A stretch of DNA of 20,000 bases from the IMG/VR virus record IMGVR_UViG_3300032225_002203; one strand, 5' to 3'. The position numbers and the translations under genes are program-made. The notes under the pieces are model-generated. The model made no database searches. It was not told where the DNA came from and saw only the letters and a program-made list of their open reading frames with translations. Every line of letters starts with the position of its first letter. Position 1 is the first letter of the stretch. The DNA is from an uncultured virus (IMG/VR IMGVR_UViG_3300032225_002203). Its lineage: Duplodnaviria > Heunggongvirae > Uroviricota > Caudoviricetes. Positions 9,149 through 16,265 of the stretch are shown here, one piece after another.

Positions 9149-10669
9149 CTCAGCTTCTAATTGCTTAATCTCATCCATTATTTTCTTCAAATCTTCTTTC
9201 TTATCCATCATCACTTTTTTAGCTTTCTTTCTATCGGCATAAACATCTTCAAGCATATTCAAAGTTGGTGATATTCTTTTTTCAAACACAACACCATTTA
9301 CACAAAGAACGTGCTTATCAGGATCAATAGGACGACCATTTGTACATTTAGATTTATCCTTCTCATCTTGAAGACCAATAAATGTTTCAGGTGCAATAAA
9401 GAATTGTCTTTGTGTTGTTGGATAAAGTGAGGCAAAGTCATAAGTAACACACCACTGATTCATACCAACTACAGGATCTTTTACCCAACCACCAGCAATA
9501 GTAGATTCGGCATCTCCTTTTTCATCTCTAAAGAGTACAATATTATCCATCTTACGGAATCTGTTTCTCAAAACCCCTTCTGTAATAGCCAAAGAACCTA
9601 AGGCATTATTCATTTGAGAAACAACGTCAATAATTCTAATTTGAGCTAATGATGAAATCGCATAAATAATTGAGATGTAGTTACGAGCTTCGTGAATCTT
9701 TTGTACAAGTACGCTATCGACCGCGTTATAGTACATAAATGTCTCAAAGTCATCTTCATATAATTTCTGTAAAGATCCATTATACTTAATCTTTTCAACA
9801 CCTACGAGTTTATTAGCAACAAAGTCCAATGATGATGATTCTTTTACTTTAATAGAAGTATCACAGATTTCATAAAGTTGCATGTAATCAAAAATCATTC
9901 TATGAGCTGGTACTTCAAATTCAGTTGACCAAATTTTATTCATTCTTTTTGTTAAAGATGAAACAGCTGGATCAATTTTATATTCTTTACCATTTACCCA
10001 TTTAGAAATCTTTCTAGAACGGTTTACTAAGTATAACCAGTCATATTGTAAGAAGTTCCAACCTGTTAAAATAGGCATCTTAGGAATCATCTTATAGAAA
10101 AAAGCATAAAGCATATCAAATTCATCATCATATTGAATATATTTAAATTTATATTCGGTTCCAAACTTCTTAAAATACTTATTAGTATTATTGATAATTC
10201 TTTCTTGCATATCCTCTGGCATTTCTTTCAAACCAAGAAGAATGATTTTATCATCGTAAACAATAGAAATAGAAAGAACTTGAGTTGATGCACCTTCTTT
10301 TGTTACATTACCATCTTGGTCCTTGATATCAGCCGCCTCAGGAAAACCATCAACGATTTCAGTTTCAATATCTATAAAATAAATCTTAGGAAGATTAAAT
10401 TCAAATATTTCATTTTTTTCAGACTCAGGTAAACCATCTAAGAACTCGTAGATCGCATATCTATCAGGTTGATTTACTTCTACTTGTTTAACATGTTTAC
10501 CATCCCAAGATTTAAACTCCGGATGTCTAAGTGCATCATTATCCTCACAAGCAACATACTTCATTGGGTTATCCCAATTATAATATTTAAGTTTTATTTC
10601 ACCGGATTTATCAACGTAACTAACTACTAATTTCTTACTATTTGTTAAGTATTGTGTTTCAACTAACAT
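9143..10669 (-). CDS. Family B DNA polymerase, N-terminal subunit only (3'-5' exonuclease, palm motif A, first fingers helix)
   Basis: ExoI FIDIETE, ExoII GWNFLQYDW, ExoIII YYNAVDS, GGWVKDP, motif A YDFASLYPT. Ends ...DRKKAKK...LEAEL* with no KxxxNSxYG or YGDTDS. Confidence 0.93.
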   Translation of the reverse strand: MLVETQYLTNSKKLVVSYVDKSGEIKLKYYNWDNPMKYVACEDNDALRHPEFKSWDGKHVKQVEVNQPDRYAIYEFLDGLPESEKNEIFEFNLPKIYFIDIETEIVDGFPEAADIKDQDGNVTKEGASTQVLSISIVYDDKIILLGLKEMPEDMQERIINNTNKYFKKFGTEYKFKYIQYDDEFDMLYAFFYKMIPKMPILTGWNFLQYDWLYLVNRSRKISKWVNGKEYKIDPAVSSLTKRMNKIWSTEFEVPAHRMIFDYMQLYEICDTSIKVKESSSLDFVANKLVGVEKIKYNGSLQKLYEDDFETFMYYNAVDSVLVQKIHEARNYISIIYAISSLAQIRIIDVVSQMNNALGSLAITEGVLRNRFRKMDNIVLFRDEKGDAESTIAGGWVKDPVVGMNQWCVTYDFASLYPTTQRQFFIAPETFIGLQDEKDKSKCTNGRPIDPDKHVLCVNGVVFEKRISPTLNMLEDVYADRKKAKKVMMDKKEDLKKIMDEIKQLEAEL

Positions 10670-10693
10670 CTATTCATATTTATTTTTACATGA

Positions 10694-10721
10694 GTTATAG
10701 ATATTTTTTAGAAAAAAGTTA
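10694..10721 (-). promoter_or_regulatory. Variant middle promoter TAAC-N18-TATAAC upstream of the PolB half-gene
   Basis: Near match to the AAAC-N17-TATAAT motif, with a spacer 1 nt longer. Confidence 0.45.
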
Positions 10722-10728
10722 TTATATT

Positions 10729-10759
10729 TTTGGATATTAGATAAAATACCGTATCTTTG
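10729..10759 (+). promoter_or_regulatory. Bacteroidota primary-sigma promoter TTTG-N19-TATCTTTG
   Basis: Matches the established Bacteroidetes -33 TTTG / -7 TAnnTTTG consensus; 26 nt before ATG 10786. Confidence 0.75.
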
Positions 10760-10785
10760 TTAAACAAATAAAAAATCACTACGAC

Positions 10786-11016
10786 ATGAAAACATTATAC
10801 TGTAAAAACTACAAAGCAATTCATCACACAGTTTCTTTAGCTATGCTTGTTTGTGCTTTATACTTCTTAGGAGGTCAAAAACAAATCTTAACTAGTTTCC
10901 CATTTCAATTATTAGTATTGGCTGGAAATTTCTTTCTAACTAAGTGGACTTTAAAAGCTAGTGGCATCGATGATGAGGTCAAAAAAATATTGGCAGAAAA
11001 AAAAGGAGATAATTAA
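10786..11016 (+). CDS. Small two-TM membrane protein
   Basis: 76 aa with two hydrophobic segments, its own promoter and its own terminator. Confidence 0.8.
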   Translation: MKTLYCKNYKAIHHTVSLAMLVCALYFLGGQKQILTSFPFQLLVLAGNFFLTKWTLKASGIDDEVKKILAEKKGDN

Positions 11017-11031
11017 TATTATCTCCTTTTT
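11000..11031. terminator. Bidirectional intrinsic terminator
   Basis: 14-bp inverted repeat AAAAAGGAGATAAT-taat-ATTATCTCCTTTTT between convergent genes; the TAA stop of the 76-aa gene sits in the loop. Confidence 0.8.
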
Positions 11032-11052
11032 ATATATTGTTTAATATCTTAA

Positions 11053-11601
11053 TTATTCACCATATTCTTTTAACAAACTACCACCAACACCAAATACCAT
11101 TGTAGCAACCATACAAAGAGCTCCTAAAGTACCTAATTGTAATCCAAATAAAGAAGTTGGATAACCAGAACCAGCCATAGATATTTGAACAACTGTTACA
11201 ATTAAAGTAACAAAAGAGATAGCACTAGCTGATAAACCTATCCAACCAAGAATTTTCATAGCTAATCCTTCTTCTTCAAGAATTAATAAAGACTCAGCCA
11301 TAACTTCATCCTCAACCATTCCTGATTCAGCTTCAAGTGGAATATTTTTCTCGTCTTTAAATGATTGAATTTTAGCTTTATCTTCTTGTGGTAATTTAGC
11401 ATAAGCCACTTTTAAATCAGCAAGAGCTTTAGCCATTTCTGGATCATCTTTCTTTTCTTCAATTGCTTGAGCTAGTTTTTCACCAGCTTTTTTCAATTTT
11501 TCATTTTTCCAATTAGAGAATGCTGAACTGATTTTTTTCATAAGTCCACCTAAGAACTCTTCGTTTGTTGAAAATGATTCATAAGTCTTTAAATATCTCA
11601 T
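11053..11601 (-). CDS. Hypothetical protein with two C-terminal TM helices
   Basis: 182 aa; N-terminus MRYLKTYESFSTNEE; hydrophobic segments ILGWIGLSASAISFVTLIVTVV and LFGLQLGTLGALCMVATMVFGVGG; AATATATA at 11628-11635 upstream. Confidence 0.85.
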   Translation of the reverse strand: MRYLKTYESFSTNEEFLGGLMKKISSAFSNWKNEKLKKAGEKLAQAIEEKKDDPEMAKALADLKVAYAKLPQEDKAKIQSFKDEKNIPLEAESGMVEDEVMAESLLILEEEGLAMKILGWIGLSASAISFVTLIVTVVQISMAGSGYPTSLFGLQLGTLGALCMVATMVFGVGGSLLKEYGE

Positions 11602-11663
11602 GTCTATTAGTTTAATTTTTTATAATGTATATATTATATCTAAAAACTCATTTTTTGCTTTTT

Positions 11664-12137
11664 TTAGTAATCACAATCAAAATAGTTTAAACTTTCATTA
11701 GTTCTACTATTAATGAATAATAATTCATCTCTTCTTACTAATTGATATTCGTAGTGAATTCCTGTCTTAAATAATGTTCTAATAAATGGTATATCATTTC
11801 CTTTATTAATTCTTTCTTGATTAACCATTAAACAAAGAACTTTTTTATTTTCTTCTCCTGTATAATTAACAATTTCCTCATCGTGATCTTCCATTACACC
11901 CTTTTTATCATAATAGATAAACTTTGTTTCTAACTTCTCACCACTTGGTGTGTATGTAATAAAAATGTCATCACCTACTTCAACATTAGATTCTTCTTTT
12001 AAATAAAGTCTTATCCAAATATAAACCTTCTGTTCCTCAAGAACTTTCATAGCTGGGTCTGTATTCTTATTCCAATCTTTAACAACTTCAGTGTCAATTG
12101 TTTTAATTTGTTCTACTAAATTATCATATCTTCCCAT
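11664..12137 (-). CDS. Hypothetical protein
   Basis: 157-aa ORF starting 13 nt after the thyA stop; no recognised motif. Confidence 0.8.
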   Translation of the reverse strand: MGRYDNLVEQIKTIDTEVVKDWNKNTDPAMKVLEEQKVYIWIRLYLKEESNVEVGDDIFITYTPSGEKLETKFIYYDKKGVMEDHDEEIVNYTGEENKKVLCLMVNQERINKGNDIPFIRTLFKTGIHYEYQLVRRDELLFINSRTNESLNYFDCDY

Positions 12138-12150
12138 ATTAATAATTATT

Positions 12151-12990
12151 TTATATAGCTATCTCTAGCTTACTTTCTATTTTTTTAATACCATCAGTAT
12201 TAACAATTTTGAAATCATCTACTGTAAAATCATAAAATGATTTATCAGAAACCAATTCAATTATAGGTTGTTGTTCTAATGGTGTTCTATTTAACAATTC
12301 AGATGCCGCATCAAAGTGTCTATCATAAACATGAAGATTCTGAACAAAGTGACAGAACTTACCTACTTTATAACCTAAATGAGAAGCAACCATCATTTGT
12401 AAAGCTACATACTGAATCTTGTTTATATATCCAGCCATAATGTAGTCATTACTTCTTTGATTAAGTGTTAAATCTAAATAAAAATCACTATCAACTCTTC
12501 TAACAGACCACATAGTTTCAAAAGCACAAGGAAACAATCCATTCGTTTCTTCTAAGTCAGCATATTGATACATATTCATAATATGCCTTCTACCAAACGG
12601 ATCAATCTTTAGGTTGTAAAGTAACTTATCCATTAAGTCATATCTTTTAATAGTAGCACCATATCGTTGACCAATTGTTCCATCACCAACATTCCACTCA
12701 TCCCACCAGTTGATACCCATTTCTCTAGCAACTTCTAATGAGTTAGATTGTTTTTGATAAATCCAAAGTATCTCTCTGATACCGGTTTTAATTGCGGTGT
12801 TTCTTAATGTAGTAATAGGAAACTCACCTTTTGATAAATCATATTCTTCAAAAATTTGAGTTATAAATTTACTATGTCCTGGTTGACCATCAATATACTT
12901 TGGTCTTGGATTCTCATCCCAAGTTCCATCACCATCTTTAAGAACAATTCGATTTAGATTATCAATGTAATACTTATCTGCTTTAATCAT
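12151..12990 (-). CDS. thyA: Thymidylate synthase
   Basis: FPITTLR, EILWIY, IGQRYG, DPFGRRHI, catalytic LFPCAF, QRSND...N, NLHVYDRH. Confidence 0.95.
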   Translation of the reverse strand: MIKADKYYIDNLNRIVLKDGDGTWDENPRPKYIDGQPGHSKFITQIFEEYDLSKGEFPITTLRNTAIKTGIREILWIYQKQSNSLEVAREMGINWWDEWNVGDGTIGQRYGATIKRYDLMDKLLYNLKIDPFGRRHIMNMYQYADLEETNGLFPCAFETMWSVRRVDSDFYLDLTLNQRSNDYIMAGYINKIQYVALQMMVASHLGYKVGKFCHFVQNLHVYDRHFDAASELLNRTPLEQQPIIELVSDKSFYDFTVDDFKIVNTDGIKKIESKLEIAI

Positions 12991-13463
12991 TTTAATACTT
13001 TATTTATTTTTTGATTTCTAATTATTACTTTTATAATATCATTAACATTAGACAAATCACTAATATCATTAATATCATAAAAATTAGATTCTTCGGGTAA
13101 ATTTTTGAAATTCTCACTTAAACAAGTTACAATTTTAGAAGTATCTATTTCTGATAATAAATCAACACAAGATTTTGGCAAGTAATCAATATCATCTATA
13201 ATTAGAAAATTATACTTTCTTTTTTCAGATAGTTCTTTTACAACTTCTATTACTTTATAATTATTGACTTCATCAAATGTGTTTATAATTCTATAATCAT
13301 TAAAGATGTCATTAAATCTATCTTTAGTCTCAATATCACCTGTACATGATAAGAAAAATAGTTTTAATCCTACTTTATTAAAACTATTAGAAATATTAAA
13401 TAGAAACTCTGTTCTACCAGAAATTCTATCACCATGTATAATATTGAAATTTTTATCAAACAT
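12987..13463 (-). CDS. Small P-loop NTPase-like protein (degenerate Walker A)
   Basis: IIHGDRISGRTEF (GxxxxGRT), Walker B-like FLIIDDID. ATGA overlap with the thyA start. Confidence 0.7.
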   Translation of the reverse strand: MFDKNFNIIHGDRISGRTEFLFNISNSFNKVGLKLFFLSCTGDIETKDRFNDIFNDYRIINTFDEVNNYKVIEVVKELSEKRKYNFLIIDDIDYLPKSCVDLLSEIDTSKIVTCLSENFKNLPEESNFYDINDISDLSNVNDIIKVIIRNQKINKVLK

Positions 13464-13468
13464 TAATT

Positions 13469-13495
13469 ATTATATTAAAGAATAGAAATATGTTT
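13469..13495 (-). promoter_or_regulatory. AAAC-N17-TATAAT putative middle promoter for the NTPase-thyA unit
   Basis: Minus strand AAAC (13495-13492), 17 nt, TATAAT (13474-13469). Confidence 0.6.
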
Positions 13496-14280
13496 TAGTA
13501 TGGACAGTTATCTTTCCATTTTTCATCGAACCAAAAGGTTCTACCAGTCTTATCTTTACAAGATATTCCTTTTTGATAAAATACCCACTTTTTGAATTCC
13601 TCAAAGTCAGTGTCAAATGGGTTCTTCCAGTCGGCTAACTGACCACCATTTAATTCATATGCTCTCATAGGAATATCCCTACACATATCTAAAACTTGCG
13701 GATGTGACTTAATAACAGTCCTGGCTGTTTCAAATGGATTAACATCTAAGTAATAAAGTATGGTACTTCTTAAATAGTTACCAATTCCATTAAAATACTT
13801 TTGGTCAAGTAAAGCCTCACAGATAGGTTTATCAAATACTTTTTTATCCAAGTTAGACATAATTACACTCTTGAAAGAATCAAATTCTTTAGTTGGATCA
13901 AAGCCTCTTTTAACACCAGTAAAGCCGCCTAAACGATACTTAGGTCCCATATAAAGACCATAAAGAAGAAGTGAATAACCATCAGTGGTGTCTAATCTCA
14001 TTCTAGTAAACTTTCTATCAGACCAAGTTTCGGTTGGTGTAAATAACCAATTACCAGACATACCCATAAATATTGAGAATTTAAGATCGACATCATCATG
14101 ATAGACTCTTAATATTAACTCTTTACCATTAGAAACGGATTCTACTTTGAAGTTTTCAATTAAGTTTGAGTCAACGGGTATGTTACCCTTTTCAACGTGG
14201 TATATTTTTTTGAAGGTTTTATCCTTTACATTCTGATTAATATAATCAGCCATTATTTTTAATTCTGCTAGTTCAGGCAT
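13495..14280 (-). CDS. Fpg/Nei-family DNA glycosylase/AP lyase, NEIL1-like (endonuclease VIII-like)
   Basis: Catalytic N-terminal MPE, GKEL, GMSG, H2TH region PICEALLDQKYFNGIGNYLR, and C-terminal zincless-finger-type DKTGRTFWF. Confidence 0.93.
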   Translation of the reverse strand: MPELAELKIMADYINQNVKDKTFKKIYHVEKGNIPVDSNLIENFKVESVSNGKELILRVYHDDVDLKFSIFMGMSGNWLFTPTETWSDRKFTRMRLDTTDGYSLLLYGLYMGPKYRLGGFTGVKRGFDPTKEFDSFKSVIMSNLDKKVFDKPICEALLDQKYFNGIGNYLRSTILYYLDVNPFETARTVIKSHPQVLDMCRDIPMRAYELNGGQLADWKNPFDTDFEEFKKWVFYQKGISCKDKTGRTFWFDEKWKDNCPY

Positions 14281-14300
14281 TTGATATAAATTTGATAATG

Positions 14301-14327
14301 ATTATATCAAATTTTAGTTACAAGTTT
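14301..14327 (-). promoter_or_regulatory. AAAC-N17-TATAAT putative middle promoter upstream of the glycosylase
   Basis: Minus strand AAAC (14327-14324), 17 nt, TATAAT (14306-14301). Confidence 0.65.
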
Positions 14328-14664
14328 TCTTTACCCATTTAACTAAAATATCACCGTGACAAGATTTACCACCACCACCTTCATTTTTACACCAACAACC
14401 AAGAACTTTATCTTTTAGTTCATGTAAATCATTCATCAAATCTTCATTAGAAAGAAGATATTGTTCATAAGCATCCACAATTGTTTTTCGCGGAGTACCT
14501 TCAGGAAAAGACTCACGCAGTTCTTTTGGATAAGCCCACTTGTTGTACTTACCATTTGGTAGACGACCAATATAAATATCAAAAGGTTCTTTCTTAAAGT
14601 GAACTACTCTGACTTTATGATCATGTTTTGGTTTAGGCTTAAAGCTGTCAAAAAAATCATCCAT
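14314..14664 (-). CDS. DUF4326-family protein
   Basis: VVH...DIYIGR...KW.YP...YEQYL...L.GCWC...CHGDIL signature. Confidence 0.85.
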   Translation of the reverse strand: MDDFFDSFKPKPKHDHKVRVVHFKKEPFDIYIGRLPNGKYNKWAYPKELRESFPEGTPRKTIVDAYEQYLLSNEDLMNDLHELKDKVLGCWCKNEGGGGKSCHGDILVKWVKKTCN

Positions 14665-15074
14665 TATTTAAGTAAATATTTTCTTGCTAAATCATATTCT
14701 TCCTCGGAAAAACCTATCCAACCTCTACATCTAACCACATTAGGTAAACCCCAGGCATTTATATCTCTAACACTATCATCTAATATAATAAATTTATCAT
14801 AAGAGTTGTTAAAAATCCAATCTTCAATTTCACGACCTCTACCTTCATCTGGAAAAGAATCAGTAAAGTCAAAAATAGTAGCAGTTATACCTTGTTCTAT
14901 AAATATCTTTTGAAGTTGTTCTTTTGTATGGTTTAATCTCCAAGTAGAAGAAATAACAGGTTTTAAATCAAATTCTTGGCACAACTTATTATAGAGTTCA
15001 ATAGAATTTTTATTCCATTGAACTCTATTAACTGTGTTTAATACACCATCTATATCAGTAAATACTATATTCAT
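14664..15074 (-). CDS. HAD-domain protein, Swiss-army-knife RNA-repair-like family
   Basis: FTDIDGVLN, VISSTWR, RGREIEDW, FIILDD. TAATG overlap with the next gene. Confidence 0.87.
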   Translation of the reverse strand: MNIVFTDIDGVLNTVNRVQWNKNSIELYNKLCQEFDLKPVISSTWRLNHTKEQLQKIFIEQGITATIFDFTDSFPDEGRGREIEDWIFNNSYDKFIILDDSVRDINAWGLPNVVRCRGWIGFSEEEYDLARKYLLK

Positions 15075-15075
15075 T

Positions 15076-15549
15076 TTATAAATTAAATCTTATACATTGA
15101 TCTAAGATATATTTAGAGTGTTCTAATTGTAAGTGAGTTGCCAAACCAACAGTGATGTGGAAACCAAAGTAAGGATTAGGATCTAATCCAATAACACTTC
15201 TAATGTTTCTAGCATCATCACTATCAGCTCCAATCCACCAGTGACCTTTGTGGTTAGCACGAATTAGAGAAGGGTCATATTTTACAGTAATTTCTTTACC
15301 GTGGAATAATTGACGAGCTTGAGCATACAATTCATCAGATTCAAATCTATCATTGATGATAGTTAAGTGAGTTCCTCTTAAAGGCTTGTTTAACTTTAAG
15401 TTGAATCTTTTTTCTAAGAACCAAGAGTAGTAAGCGTAAAGATCACAATCAAATCTAACCATAGCAGTTCTCTTCCATGAAGACTGTGCTAAGTGCTTCT
15501 TGGTGACGTTAACTGGGTCAAATTCTAATATGCCTTTCATTTCTAACAT
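15076..15549 (-). CDS. 2H phosphoesterase-superfamily protein
   Basis: Two HxT motifs (GTHLTII, GFHITVG) about 70 aa apart. The TTG 15564 start overlaps the promoter, so ATG 15549 (or 15540) is more likely. Confidence 0.75.
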   Translation of the reverse strand: MLEMKGILEFDPVNVTKKHLAQSSWKRTAMVRFDCDLYAYYSWFLEKRFNLKLNKPLRGTHLTIINDRFESDELYAQARQLFHGKEITVKYDPSLIRANHKGHWWIGADSDDARNIRSVIGLDPNPYFGFHITVGLATHLQLEHSKYILDQCIRFNL

Positions 15550-15553
15550 GGTA

Positions 15554-15584
15554 CAAAGATACAAATAAAATTTTATATATACAA
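15554..15584 (-). promoter_or_regulatory. Bacteroidota-type promoter TTG-N20-TATCTTTG
   Basis: -7 element at 15561-15554, only a few nt before ATG 15549 (near-leaderless). Overlaps a divergent TATATATA at 15574-15581. Confidence 0.7.
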
Positions 15585-15599
15585 TAAATAATCACAAAT

Positions 15600-16028
15600 A
15601 TGATATTAACTACACTTATATTAACAAATCTAATCTGGGTTGGATACGTTCTAACAGAAGGAATAAGAGAGGGTTTCTATTGGCATTATGAAAACAACAG
15701 TAGAAGAGTATGTGACTTTGATATCAATCCTGTCTTTAATTTACAAAGAGTTTTAGTTATGTTAATAATGGGCGGTTTTATGGTACACACACTCGGTTGG
15801 TTTTCGCTACTTTGTTTAGCTTGTATGTTTTTAATGTTTAATTTTTTCCATAATGGAACTTATTACTATACAAGAAATAAATTAGATGGAAGATCTTATC
15901 CGAAAAGGTGGAAAGATGAATCTAAAACATTTCCAAGATTTACACCTTTAACAACATACAACAAAAGAACATTAGGTATGGCTATTGGGTTTTTAGCTCA
16001 AATATTTATATACCTATTCTTACTATAA
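15600..16028 (+). CDS. Hypothetical membrane protein (about 4 TM)
   Basis: 142 aa with several hydrophobic helices plus polar motifs EGIREGFYW and FFHNGTYY. Confidence 0.85.
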   Translation: MILTTLILTNLIWVGYVLTEGIREGFYWHYENNSRRVCDFDINPVFNLQRVLVMLIMGGFMVHTLGWFSLLCLACMFLMFNFFHNGTYYYTRNKLDGRSYPKRWKDESKTFPRFTPLTTYNKRTLGMAIGFLAQIFIYLFLL

Positions 16029-16046
16029 AAATAAATAAACAAAATT

Positions 16047-16232
16047 ATGAGCGATTCAGAATTAATCAAAAATTCAAGTTTATCACAAGAAGAACTTAAT
16101 TTACTAAGAGAAAAATTCTTAAATGAATATTCTAAAGAGAAAGGTTGGAACCCTAAAGAGTTATCAACTAATCAAATGTTAGAGATTGTATCTCAAAAAC
16201 AATACAAAACACCTGGTCTAATATTAGGATAA
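16047..16232 (+). CDS. Small hypothetical protein
   Basis: 61-aa ORF with an A-rich leader, followed by a terminator. Confidence 0.75.
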   Translation: MSDSELIKNSSLSQEELNLLREKFLNEYSKEKGWNPKELSTNQMLEIVSQKQYKTPGLILG

Positions 16233-16265
16233 TAAAAAAGAGAACTTTAAGTTCTCTTTTTTATT
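16231..16265. terminator. Bidirectional intrinsic terminator
   Basis: Inverted repeat AATAAAAAAGAGAACTT-T-AAGTTCTCTTTTTTATT between convergent stops. Confidence 0.8.

Noticed and set aside
9090..9200. Split intein, readthrough or frameshift completing PolB
   Set aside because: No intein N-terminal block, in-frame readthrough hits a stop within about 10 codons, and the downstream DNA is occupied by an intact opposite-strand gene.
12151..12990. thyA as a dCMP hydroxymethylase for a modified-base pathway
   Set aside because: It retains the dUMP-specifying Asn after the RSND motif (AGYIN) and looks like an ordinary ThyA. A dUMP-modifying variant cannot be fully excluded without a phylogeny.
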